Source: a virus (Duplodnaviria; Heunggongvirae; Uroviricota; Caudoviricetes). Taken from it: DNA of 46,330 nucleotides. Positions within the stretch are counted from its first letter, which is position 1; each line of letters starts with the position of its first letter. Shown piece after piece: positions 21,257-30,806 of this stretch. The notes below the pieces were generated by a model that saw only the letters and a program-made list of their open reading frames with translations, had not been told where the DNA came from and did no database searches. The position numbers were made by a program, and so were the translations under genes. The stretch lies in the IMG/VR virus record IMGVR_UViG_2541047733_000004. The stretch is one strand, 5' to 3'.

Positions 21257-21388
21257 TTTGAGTCTCGATATTAGCTGATAACCCAATACCTGAGTTATTC
21301 ACTGACTCCGAATCTGTTACGTTTCTGCCTTTATTGCGATACGTAGTATCCCCTTAATTTACACCCGCTTTGTCTGCGAGGTGGGGTT

Positions 21389-21604
21389 ATGAAATCCATG
21401 GATAAGTTAACAACGGGTGTCGCCTATGGTACCTCAGCAGGTAGTGCCGGGTACTGGTTTTTACAGTTGCTCGATAAAGTCACGCCCTCACAGTGGGCGG
21501 CAATAGGTGTGCTGGGTAGCCTGGTATTTGGCCTGCTGACGTACCTGACAAACCTTTATTTCAAGATTAAAGAAGATAAGCGCAAGGCTGCGAGAGGTGA
21601 ATAA
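21389..21604 (+). CDS. S: Class II holin (phage 21 S-type pinholin)
   Basis: 71 aa, two TM segments; [20 protein letters not shown]...[13 protein letters not shown] closely resembles S21. Confidence 0.9.
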
Positions 21605-22101
21605 TGCCTCCATCATTACGAAAAGCCGTTGCTGCTGCTATTGGTGGCGGAGCAATTGCTATAGCATCAGTGTTAATCACTGGCCCAAGTGGTAACGATG
21701 GTCTGGAAGGTGTCAGCTACATACCATACAAAGATATTGTTGGTGTATGGACTGTATGTCACGGGCATACAGGAAAAGACATCATGCTCGGTAAAACGTA
21801 TACCAAAGCAGAATGCAAAGCCCTCCTGAATAAAGACCTTGCCACGGTCGCCAGACAAATTAACCCGTACATCAAAGTCGATATACCGGAAACAATGCGC
21901 GGCGCTCTTTACTCATTCGTTTACAACGTGGGTGCTGGCAATTTCAGAACATCGACGCTTCTTCGCAAAATAAACCAGGGCGATATCAAAGGCGCATGTG
22001 ATCAGCTACGTCGCTGGACATATGCTGGCGGTAAGCAATGGAAAGGTCTCATGACTCGTCGTGAGATTGAGCGTGAAATCTGTTTGTGGGGTCAGCAATG
22101 A
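21604..22101 (+). CDS. R: SAR endolysin (T4-lysozyme-like, phage 21 R type)
   Basis: 165 aa; N-terminal Gly/Ala-rich signal-anchor-release segment then lysozyme domain; overlaps holin stop. Confidence 0.9.
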   Translation: MPPSLRKAVAAAIGGGAIAIASVLITGPSGNDGLEGVSYIPYKDIVGVWTVCHGHTGKDIMLGKTYTKAECKALLNKDLATVARQINPYIKVDIPETMRGALYSFVYNVGAGNFRTSTLLRKINQGDIKGACDQLRRWTYAGGKQWKGLMTRREIEREICLWGQQ

Positions 22102-22559
22102 ACAGAGTAACCGCGATTATCTCCGCTCTGGTTATCTGCATCATCGTCTGCCTGTCATGGGCTGTTAATCATTACCGTGATAACGCCATTACCTACAAAG
22201 CCCAGCGCGACAAAAATGCCAGAGAACTGACGCTGGCGAACGCGGCAATTACTGACATACAGATGCGTCAGCGTGATGTTGCTGCGCTCGATGCAAAATA
22301 CACGAAGGAGTTAGCTGATGCGAAAGCTGAAAATGATGCTCTGCGTGATGATGTTGCCGCTGGTCGTCGTCGGTTGCACATCAAAGCAGTCTGTCAGTCA
22401 GTGCGTGAAGCCACCACCGCCTCCGGCGTGGATAATGCAGCCTCCCCCCGACTGGCAGACACCGCTGAACGGGATTATTTCACCCTCAGAGAGAGGCTGA
22501 TCACTATGCAAAAACAACTGGAAGGAACCCAGAAGTATATTAATGAGCAGTGCAGATAG
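22098..22559 (+). CDS. Rz: Rz i-spanin
   Basis: N-terminal TM segment and coiled-coil periplasmic domain; contains the Rz1 frame. Confidence 0.85.
   Translation: MNRVTAIISALVICIIVCLSWAVNHYRDNAITYKAQRDKNARELTLANAAITDIQMRQRDVAALDAKYTKELADAKAENDALRDDVAAGRRRLHIKAVCQSVREATTASGVDNAASPRLADTAERDYFTLRERLITMQKQLEGTQKYINEQCR
22318..22500 (+). CDS. Rz1: Rz1 o-spanin lipoprotein, embedded in Rz in the +1 frame
   Basis: 60 aa with lipobox (VVVGCTS) and proline-rich C-terminus ([15 protein letters not shown]). Confidence 0.85.
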   Translation: MRKLKMMLCVMMLPLVVVGCTSKQSVSQCVKPPPPPAWIMQPPPDWQTPLNGIISPSERG

Positions 22560-22590
22560 AGCTGCCCATATCGATGGGCAACTCATGCAA

Positions 22591-22884
22591 TTATTGTGAG
22601 CAATACACACGCGCTTCCAGCGGAGTATAAATGCCTAAAGTAATAAAACCGAGCAATCCATTTACGAATGTTTGCTGGGTTTCTGTTTTAACAACATTTT
22701 CTGCACCACCACAAATTTTTGCTGCATCGACAGTTTTCTTCTGCCCAATTCCCGAAACGAAGAAATGATGGGTGATGGTTTCCTTTGGTGTTACTGCTGT
22801 AGGTTTGTTTCCAACAGTAAACGTCTGTTGAGCACATCCTGTAATAAGCATTGCCAGAGCGGCAGAAAACAACATTTTTTTCAT
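22591..22884 (-). CDS. bor: Bor outer-membrane lipoprotein (Iss-like serum resistance)
   Basis: About 97 aa from MKKMLFSAALAMLITGC (lipobox); matches lambda Bor. Confidence 0.85.
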   Translation of the reverse strand: MKKMLFSAALAMLITGCAQQTFTVGNKPTAVTPKETITHHFFVSGIGQKKTVDAAKICGGAENVVKTETQQTFVNGLLGFITLGIYTPLEARVYCSQ

Positions 22885-23364
22885 CTTATTATCCTGCATT
22901 GTTAAAAACGGCAGAATCCTATGTGACAACAATTAAACGATAGTTAAATGGATTGATGAAAATTAAAACTACACAGGTGGGCTCAGACTATTGGAGGAAG
23001 TTGGGGACACTCAGAATCCTGTGGAATGAAATAAACCGGTCTATCCGTCCATTACCCTTTTAGCTGCGCTGTATCGTCGCCGTATTCCCGCATTAACCAT
23101 GACCGTAGCCCGACGGGGAATTCCTTCTGCGTGAGTGTGCGGGAATAATTAAAAACGATGCACACCGGGTTTTTACCGCGTTAATGATTCGCGGGTTTAT
23201 CCCGGTGCGATGGTGGAAGAAACAGGAAGCTGTATTACAGAAAGTGCTACTACTGTATCCCGATGCGATGTATGTAATGTGAGTCAGATAATGGCACAGG
23301 ATGTGGTGATGTGGCAGTCTGGAACACAGGATATATTGTCAGAATAAGACCCGTAGGAATAAAA

Positions 23365-23691
23365 ATGAAAAGACGCCTTTTACTACTTTTTCTGTTATCT
23401 GTCCTGGCAGTGGGATGCTCGCAGCAAAAAGCTGATGAGCCCCGGCAATTAGTGACGGTGTATCCACGATATCCGGAATATGCTGCAGCAAATTATATCA
23501 AGGGGCTGGTTGAGGTTAAGTTCGATATTGGTGCTGATGGGACTGTGACACGGATCGTTTTTCTCCGCTCAGAGCCTCATAATTTGTTTCGTGATGAAGT
23601 GGTGAAGGCCATGGCGAAATGGCGATTTGAAAAGAATCGCCCCTGTCAGGGAGTGAAGAGACAATTTATCTTTACGCCGTCACGTCCTTGA
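23365..23691 (+). CDS. Lipoprotein consisting essentially of a TonB C-terminal domain
   Basis: Signal peptide plus lipobox MKRRLLLLFLLSVLAVGC; the rest (VYPRYPEYAAANYIKGLVEVKFDIGADGTVTRIVFLRSEPHNLFRDEVVKAMAKWRF) aligns by eye with the TonB C-terminal domain. Confidence 0.7.
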   Translation: MKRRLLLLFLLSVLAVGCSQQKADEPRQLVTVYPRYPEYAAANYIKGLVEVKFDIGADGTVTRIVFLRSEPHNLFRDEVVKAMAKWRFEKNRPCQGVKRQFIFTPSRP

Positions 23692-24054
23692 TGCTTCCAG
23701 GTAGAGAGGGGCTGGAAGCAGGAGAAAAATGAAAGAGCCAGCGGTTATATTTTTGTCATGGCTGACGAGGAATGATGGAAGAAGGCGTTGTATGCCACAC
23801 AACGCCTCACTGTTCATTTCTTCTTTTTCTCTGGTGGAACCCGATGAATAAGAGTTGCACTGGTTTCCGATGAGATGGCGATATACTCGGGCAAAGTATG
23901 CTGGCAGTTTTCCAACTGGTCAAAAATACCTGCTCTCGTCTGTTGCAATGCCTGCAGCATGCGGCGGCAATGCGCCTTGCTTTTACTAACCATCTTTCCT
24001 TCCTCTATCAGTCGCTGCGTGAACTCATCATGGAATACCAGGTAAATGCGGATG

Positions 24055-24306
24055 TTATCGGTTTTGGCTACGCAGCATAGTACAAAACGGACAGGTGCAT
24101 CCCGGGACGGGGGAGGCGTCACATGTCCCTGTGATGGTTGTTCCGGGTAATGTACTGTGTGGGGCATAAAAATGTCCGATAATTTTACTTTCTACCGCAG
24201 TTAGTTGATTCGTTGGTCCTGGTAGCACATTGGGCGAGGATTTAAATGCCAGGCAACTGAAGGATGATGTCGCAAGGGAGATAGCGAGAATATTTCTGAT
24301 TTTCAT
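24055..24306 (-). CDS. Possible small secreted Cys-containing protein
   Basis: MKIRNILAISLATSSFSCLA signal-peptide-like start with GAGG upstream; overlaps the alternative ORF 23814..24167, so coding status is uncertain. Confidence 0.3.
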   Translation of the reverse strand: MKIRNILAISLATSSFSCLAFKSSPNVLPGPTNQLTAVESKIIGHFYAPHSTLPGTTITGTCDASPVPGCTCPFCTMLRSQNR

Positions 24307-24452
24307 TTGATGATGCCTCTGTGTGAAATGACGGTAAACGACGCACTTGTGCCGGCACATAATAGCAAGCACCATAATAGATCAGATTCGATTCTTGCTG
24401 TAAGTGATAATTATTCTCGTTTTCGGGTCCTTTCCGTCGATCCAACAGGTTA

Positions 24453-24640
24453 CGGGGCGGCGACCTCGCGGTTTTTCACTATTTATGAAAATTTTTCAGG
24501 GAAAATCGTGTCGGTACTTCTCGAATATAACTTTTTGTTTTTTTTAATATTGCATCCGTAAAGGTCCGACATGAAAGTGTCCGAAAATGCCTTTTTCTGG
24601 CGTTTTCATGTCGGGCCTTGTATTTGATAATGGGTTGTTT
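24453..24640 (+). other. cos site: cosN 12-nt cohesive end GGGCGGCGACCT plus cosB with candidate terminase-binding inverted repeats
   Basis: GGGCGGCGACCTCGCGG...TTTATGAAAATTTT as at lambda cosN; inverted repeat TCCGACATGAAA / TTTCATGTCGG and a third GTCCGAAAATG element just upstream of Nu1. Confidence 0.85.
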
Positions 24641-24642
24641 TC

Positions 24643-25191
24643 ATGAAGGTTAATAAAAAGAGGCTTGCCGAAATTTTCAACGTGGACCCGCGGACGATTG
24701 AACGCTGGCAGTCTCAGGGACTCCCTTGCGCCTCCAAAGGTAGTAAGGGCATTGAATCTGTATTTGATACTGCCATGGCAATTCAGTGGTATGCGCAGAG
24801 GGAAACTGATATCGAAAACGAAAAGCTCCGCAAAGAACTGGACGATTTGCGTGCGGCAGCGGAGTCAGATTTACAACCCGGCACCATTGACTATGAACGC
24901 TACCGGCTCACAAAAGCGCAGGCAGATGCGCAGGAACTGAAAAATGCCCGTGAAGACGGAGTAGTGCTGGAAACTGAACTGTTTACCTTCATTCTGCAAC
25001 GTGTGGCACAGGAGATTTCGGGGATACTTGTGCGTGTGCCGTTGACATTACAGCGTAAATATCCGGACATTTCACCATCACACCTTGATGTGGTGAAAAC
25101 TGAAATCGCGAAAGCCTCCAATGTTGCAGCTAAGGCCGGTGAAAACGTGGGCGGGTGGATCGATGATTTCAGACGCGCAGAAGGCAGCTAA
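24643..25191 (+). CDS. nu1: Terminase small subunit Nu1
   Basis: 182 aa; collinear with lambda Nu1 ([12 protein letters not shown]...AEIENEKLR...[27 protein letters not shown]), N-terminal DNA-binding region divergent. Confidence 0.9.
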
Positions 25192-27091
25192 TGCAGCCGG
25201 TGCGATAGCTACAGGGCTTTTATCTCTCATTATTCCTGTTCCACTGACGACAGTTCAGTGGGCCAATAAACATTATTACCTTCCTAAAGAGTCGTCTTAT
25301 ACCCCGGGGCGATGGGAAACACTGCCGTTTCAGGTTGGCATCATGAACTGTATGGGCAACGATCTGATTCGCACGGTTAACCTGATTAAATCTGCCCGTG
25401 TTGGTTATACAAAGATGTTGCTGGGAGTGGAGGCTTATTTTATTGAGCATAAATCACGCAACAGCCTTCTTTTTCAGCCCACGGACTCAGCTGCTGAAGA
25501 TTTTATGAAATCTCATGTTGAGCCAACGATAAGGGATGTTCCTGCATTGCTGGAGCTGGCTCCATGGTTCGGAAGAAAACACCGCGATAATACGCTCACC
25601 CTGAAGCGTTTTTCCTCCGGTGTGGGGTTCTGGTGTCTGGGTGGTGCGGCAGCAAAAAACTACCGTGAAAAATCCGTGGATGTGGTCTGTTATGACGAGC
25701 TTTCCTCGTTCGAACCGGATGTTGAAAAAGAGGGTTCGCCAACCCTGCTGGGGGATAAACGTATTGAGGGCTCTGTATGGCCAAAATCCATTCGCGGCTC
25801 GACGCCTAAAATCAAAGGCTCCTGCCAGATCGAAAAAGCCGCTAACGAGTCGGCACACTTCATGCGTTTTTATGTGCCCTGTCCGCACTGTGGGGAGGAG
25901 CAGTATCTGAAATTTGGCGATGATGCCTCGCCTTTCGGTCTTAAGTGGGAGAAGAATAAGCCAGAAAGTGTTTTCTACCTTTGTGAGCATCATGGCTGTG
26001 TGATCCATCAGTCTGAGCTTGACCAGAGTAACGGGCGGTGGATCTGTGAAAACACGGGCATGTGGACCCGTGACGGCCTGATGTTTTTCAGCGCCCGGGG
26101 TGATGAAATTCCGCCGCCGCGCTCCATCACTTTCCATATCTGGACGGCGTACAGTCCGTTCACCACCTGGGTACAGATTGTCTATGACTGGCTGGATGCA
26201 CTGAAAGATCCCAACGGCCTGAAAACCTTTGTGAACACCACGCTGGGCGAGACCTGGGAAGAGGCTGTGGGCGAAAAACTCGATCACCAGGTGCTGATGG
26301 ATAAGGTTGTGCGTTACACGGCGGCGGTGCCTGCCCGGGTGGTTTATCTGACGGCGGGCATTGACTCGCAGCGAAACCGTTTTGAGATGTATGTCTGGGG
26401 ATGGGCTCCGGGAGAGGAAGCCTTTCTGGTGGATAAAATCATCATTATGGGGCGTCCCGATGAGGAAGAGACGCTGTTACGTGTGGATGCGGCGATCAAC
26501 AAAAAATACCGCCATGCAGACGGAACCGAAATGACCATTTCCCGTGTCTGCTGGGACATCGGGGGGATCGATGGCGAAATCGTTTATCAGAGGTCAAAAA
26601 AACACGGTGTTTTCCGGGTGCTGCCGGTAAAAGGCGCATCTGTCTATGGCAAGCCGGTGATCACCATGCCAAAAACCCGCAATCAGCGGGGCGTGTATCT
26701 GTGTGAAGTGGGGACGGACACCGCAAAAGAAATTCTCTATGCCCGTATGAAAGCCGATCCCACGCCTGTGGATGAAGCCACGTCGTATGCTATCCGTTTT
26801 CCTGATGATCCGGAGATTTTTTCGCAGACAGAGGCGCAGCAACTGGTCGCGGAAGAGCTTGTGGAGAAGTGGGAAAAAGGAAAGATGCGTCTGCTGTGGG
26901 ATAACAAAAAGCGGCGTAACGAAGCGCTGGACTGCCTGGTGTATGCCTACGCGGCATTACGTGTGTCCGTGCAACGCTGGCAGCTTGATCTGGCTGTACT
27001 GGCAAAATCCCGGGAAGAAGAGACGACCCGGCCAACCCTTAAAGAACTGGCAGCGAAGCTGTCCGGAGGAGTGAATGGTTACAGTCGCTGA
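25163..27091 (+). CDS. A: Terminase large subunit A
   Basis: 642 aa from the ATG at 25163; long collinear identity with lambda gpA; overlaps nu1 end as in lambda. Confidence 0.95.
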
Positions 27092-27281
27092 ACTGCAGGC
27101 GCTGCGTCAGGCGCGCCTTGATTTATTAACCGGTAAACGGGTGGTGTCTGTCCAGAAAGATGGTCGCAGAATTGAATATACGGCGGCTTCTCTGGATGAG
27201 CTTAACCGGGCGATCAATGATGCGGAGTCGGTACTGGGGACAACCCGGTGTCGCCGTCGTCCGCTGGGAGTGAGGTTATGA
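27075..27281 (+). CDS. W: Head-tail joining protein W
   Basis: 68 aa, lambda gpW-like (...TGKRVVSVQKDGRRIEYTAASLDEL...). Confidence 0.9.
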   Translation: MVTVAELQALRQARLDLLTGKRVVSVQKDGRRIEYTAASLDELNRAINDAESVLGTTRCRRRPLGVRL

Positions 27282-28870
27282 AACGAACGCCTGTCCTGAT
27301 TGATGTGAACGGCGTTCCGCTTCGTGAGAGTCTCAGCTACAACGGGGGCGGTGCAGGATTTGGCGGGCAAATGGCTGAGTGGTTGCCACCGGCGCAGAGT
27401 GCCGATGCGGCCCTGCTGCCCGCGTTGCGTCTGGGGAATGCCCGGGCAGATGATCTGGTGCGCAATAACGGAATAGCGGCTAATGCGGTGGCTCTGCATA
27501 AGGATCACATTGTCGGGCATATGTTTCTGATCAGCTACCGTCCGAACTGGCGCTGGCTGGGGATGCGGGAGACCGCAGCAAAAAGCTTTGTCGATGAGGT
27601 GGAGGCGGCCTGGTCGGAATACGCCGAAGGGATGTTTGGCGAGATCGACGTGGAAGGAAAACGCACGTTCACGGAATTTATCCGTGAAGGTGTGGGCGTT
27701 CATGCGTTTAACGGCGAAATCTTTGTGCAGCCGGTCTGGGATACGGAAACCACGCAGTTATTCCGTACGCGTTTTAAAGCCGTGAGTCCGAAACGGGTGG
27801 ACACGCCTGGACACGGTATGGGGAACCGTTTTCTGCGGGCCGGTGTGGAGGTCGATCGATATGGCCGTGCCGTCGCGTACCATATCTGTGAGGATGATTT
27901 TCCGTTCTCTGGTAGTGGACGATGGGAACGGATCCCGCGTGAACTTCCCACCGGGCGTCCGGCCATGCTGCATATTTTCGAGCCGGTGGAGGACGGGCAG
28001 ACCCGTGGGGCTAATCAGTTTTACAGCGTCATGGAACGGCTGAAGATGCTCGATTCCCTGCAGGCAACACAGCTTCAGTCGGCCATAGTGAAGGCGATGT
28101 ATGCAGCGACGATTGAAAGTGAACTTGATACCGAAAAGGCCTTTGAATATATCGCCGGCGCGCCACAGGAGCAGAAGGATAATCCGCTTATTAATATTCT
28201 GGAGAAGTTTTCCAGCTGGTATGACACGAATAACGTGACACTGGGCGGTGTCAAAATTCCGCACCTTTTCCCTGGTGATGATCTGAAACTACAGACTGCG
28301 CAGGATTCAGACAATGGATTTTCTGCGCTTGAACAGGCGCTGCTGCGGTATATCGCCGCCGGTCTTGGCGTTTCCTACGAACAGTTGTCCCGTGATTACT
28401 CGAAGGTCAGTTACTCAAGTGCCCGCGCCTCCGCCAATGAGTCGTGGCGCTATTTTATGGGGCGGCGAAAATTTATTGCGGCCCGGCTGGCCACGCAGAT
28501 GTTTTCCTGCTGGCTGGAAGAGGCACTTCTTCGGGGGATTATTCGTCCGCCACGGGCACGTTTTGATTTTTATCAGGCGCGATCAGCCTGGTCACGGGCA
28601 GAGTGGATTGGTGCCGGAAGAATGGCCATTGACGGGCTCAAGGAAGTCCAGGAATCAGTGATGCGCATTGAGGCCGGACTGAGCACGTATGAGAAAGAGC
28701 TGGCGCTGATGGGCGAGGATTATCAGGACATTTTCCGCCAGCAGGTCAGGGAATCTGCTGAGCGGCAAAAAGCCGGACTCTCACGTCCGGTGTGGATAGA
28801 GCAGGCGTATCAGCAGCAGATAGCGGAGAGTCGTAGGCCGGAAGAGGAGACAACACCACGTGAGACGTAA
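27278..28870 (+). CDS. B: Portal protein B
   Basis: About 530 aa; start ATG overlaps W stop with GAGG RBS; lambda gpB-like. Confidence 0.9.
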   Translation: MKRTPVLIDVNGVPLRESLSYNGGGAGFGGQMAEWLPPAQSADAALLPALRLGNARADDLVRNNGIAANAVALHKDHIVGHMFLISYRPNWRWLGMRETAAKSFVDEVEAAWSEYAEGMFGEIDVEGKRTFTEFIREGVGVHAFNGEIFVQPVWDTETTQLFRTRFKAVSPKRVDTPGHGMGNRFLRAGVEVDRYGRAVAYHICEDDFPFSGSGRWERIPRELPTGRPAMLHIFEPVEDGQTRGANQFYSVMERLKMLDSLQATQLQSAIVKAMYAATIESELDTEKAFEYIAGAPQEQKDNPLINILEKFSSWYDTNNVTLGGVKIPHLFPGDDLKLQTAQDSDNGFSALEQALLRYIAAGLGVSYEQLSRDYSKVSYSSARASANESWRYFMGRRKFIAARLATQMFSCWLEEALLRGIIRPPRARFDFYQARSAWSRAEWIGAGRMAIDGLKEVQESVMRIEAGLSTYEKELALMGEDYQDIFRQQVRESAERQKAGLSRPVWIEQAYQQQIAESRRPEEETTPRET

Positions 28871-30365
28871 TCTTTCACACATTATTGCCGCAGCATTCAA
28901 TGAACCGCTGCTTCTGGAGCCCGCCTATGCGCGGGTTTTCTTTTGCGCGCTCGGGCGCGAGATGGGGGCAGCAAGTCTTTCGGTACCACAACAGCAGGTA
29001 CAGTTTGATGCTCCCGGAATGCTGGCTGAAACGGACGAGTACATGGCCGGAGGTAAACGACCGGCCCGTGTTTACCGGGTGGTGAACGGTATTGCTGTAC
29101 TGCCGGTGACCGGCACGCTGGTGCACCGGCTGGGTGGTATGCGGCCATTTTCCGGAATGACAGGCTATGACGGCATTGTCGCCTGTCTTCAGCAGGCAAT
29201 GGCGGATAGCCAGGTGCGGGGCGTACTGCTGGACATTGACAGTCCGGGCGGGCAGGCCGCCGGCGCGTTTGACTGCGCTGACATGATTTACCGCCTCCGT
29301 CAGCAGAAGCCGGTCTGGGCACTGTGCAATGACACGGCCTGTTCTGCAGCCATGCTGCTGGCGTCGGCCTGCTCCCGACGGCTGGTTACCCAGACATCCC
29401 GTATCGGCTCCATTGGCGTGATGATGAGCCATGTCAGCTATGCCGGTCATCTGGCGCAGGCCGGTGTGGATATCACGCTGATTTACTCAGGGGCGCACAA
29501 GGTGGATGGCAATCAGTTTGAAGCGTTGCCGGCAGAGGTTCGCCAGGACATGCAGCAGCGGATTGATGCGGCGCGCCGGATGTTTGCCGAAAAAGTGGCG
29601 ATGTATACCGGTCTGTCTGTTGATGCCGTCACGGGAACAGAGGCTGCCGTTTTTGAAGGTCAGTCCGGCATTGAGGCCGGGCTGGCGGATGAATTAATCA
29701 ATGCGTCGGATGCCATCAGTGTGATGGCCACGGCGCTGAACAGTAATGTCAGAGGAGGCACTATGCCGCAATTAACTGCAACGGAAGCCGCCGCGCAGGA
29801 GAACCAGCGAGTGATGGGGATCCTGACATGCCAGGAAGCGAAAGGACGTGAACAGCTTGCCACGATGCTGGCAGGACAACAGGGCATGAGCGTTGAACAG
29901 GCCCGGGCGATTCTGGCCGCGGCGGCACCGCAGCAGCCGGTGGCATCCACGCAGAGTGAAGCCGATCGCATTATGGCGTGTGAAGAAGCGAACGGTCGTG
30001 AACAACTGGCGGCAACGCTGGCGGCGATGCCGGAGATGACGGTGGAAAAAGCCCGCCCGATCCTGGCTGCTTCACCGCAGGCGGATGCCGGACCATCACT
30101 CCGTGATCAGATCATGGCACTGGATGAGGCAAAAGGGGCTGAGGCGCAGGCTGAACAGCTGGCTGCCTGCCCGGGAATGACAGTGGAGAGCGCCCGGGCT
30201 GTGCTGGCTGCGGGATCAGGTAAGGCAGAACCGGTCTCTGCATCCACAACCGCCATGTTTGAACATTTCATGGCGAACCATTCACCGGCAGCGGTACAGG
30301 GTGGCGTGGCACAGACGTCAGCAGACGGTGATGCGGACGTGAAAATGCTCATGGCCATGCCATGA
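28860..30365 (+). CDS. C: Head protease / scaffold C (S49 family) with in-frame Nu3-type C-terminal scaffold
   Basis: GTG start; N-terminus ...NEPLLLEPAYARVFF... matches lambda gpC; C-terminal part has three about 35-aa tandem repeats. Confidence 0.85.
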   Translation: MRRNLSHIIAAAFNEPLLLEPAYARVFFCALGREMGAASLSVPQQQVQFDAPGMLAETDEYMAGGKRPARVYRVVNGIAVLPVTGTLVHRLGGMRPFSGMTGYDGIVACLQQAMADSQVRGVLLDIDSPGGQAAGAFDCADMIYRLRQQKPVWALCNDTACSAAMLLASACSRRLVTQTSRIGSIGVMMSHVSYAGHLAQAGVDITLIYSGAHKVDGNQFEALPAEVRQDMQQRIDAARRMFAEKVAMYTGLSVDAVTGTEAAVFEGQSGIEAGLADELINASDAISVMATALNSNVRGGTMPQLTATEAAAQENQRVMGILTCQEAKGREQLATMLAGQQGMSVEQARAILAAAAPQQPVASTQSEADRIMACEEANGREQLAATLAAMPEMTVEKARPILAASPQADAGPSLRDQIMALDEAKGAEAQAEQLAACPGMTVESARAVLAAGSGKAEPVSASTTAMFEHFMANHSPAAVQGGVAQTSADGDADVKMLMAMP

Positions 30366-30401
30366 AGTCAGTGCTGACCATCAATAGGAGGTTTTTACAA
30401 T

Positions 30402-30749
30402 ATGGTGACGAAAACCATCACTGAACAGCGTGCGGAAGTACGTATTTTTGCCGGTAATGATCCGGCTCATACCGCCACAGGCAGCAGCGGGATTTCCTCG
30501 CCAACACCGGCACTGACGCCCCTGATGCTGGATGAAGCCACCGGGAAACTGGTGGTCTGGGACGGACAGAAAGCCGGTAGTGCGGTTGGCATACTGGTAC
30601 TGCCGCTTGAAGGCACAGAGACGGCGCTGACGTATTACAAGTCGGGAACCTTTGCGACGGAGGCAATCCACTGGCCTGAAAGTGTGGATGAACACAAAAA
30701 GGCCAACGCCTTTGCTGGCAGTGCCCTGAGTCACGCGGCGCTGCCGTAA
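30402..30749 (+). CDS. D: Head decoration protein D
   Basis: 115 aa, lambda gpD-like (DPAHTATG...TPLMLD...VGIL...YKSGTF). Confidence 0.9.
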   Translation: MVTKTITEQRAEVRIFAGNDPAHTATGSSGISSPTPALTPLMLDEATGKLVVWDGQKAGSAVGILVLPLEGTETALTYYKSGTFATEAIHWPESVDEHKKANAFAGSALSHAALP

Positions 30750-30806
30750 CACGTTATCAGGCCACCGCGGTGGCCTGACTGATTTCTGAATGAAAGGAAC
30801 TGATTT

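Noticed and set aside
25487-26287. 266-aa minus-strand ORF inside terminase gene A
   Set aside because: Antisense to conserved gpA; no RBS context or recognisable domains.
28875-29450. 191-aa minus-strand ORF inside gene C
   Set aside because: Antisense to the conserved protease/scaffold gene; low-complexity translation.
29800-30230. Tandem repeats in gene C as a possible hypervariable or retroelement-targeted region
   Set aside because: No reverse transcriptase or template-repeat partner anywhere in the window; the repeats are in-frame peptide repeats of a scaffold protein.
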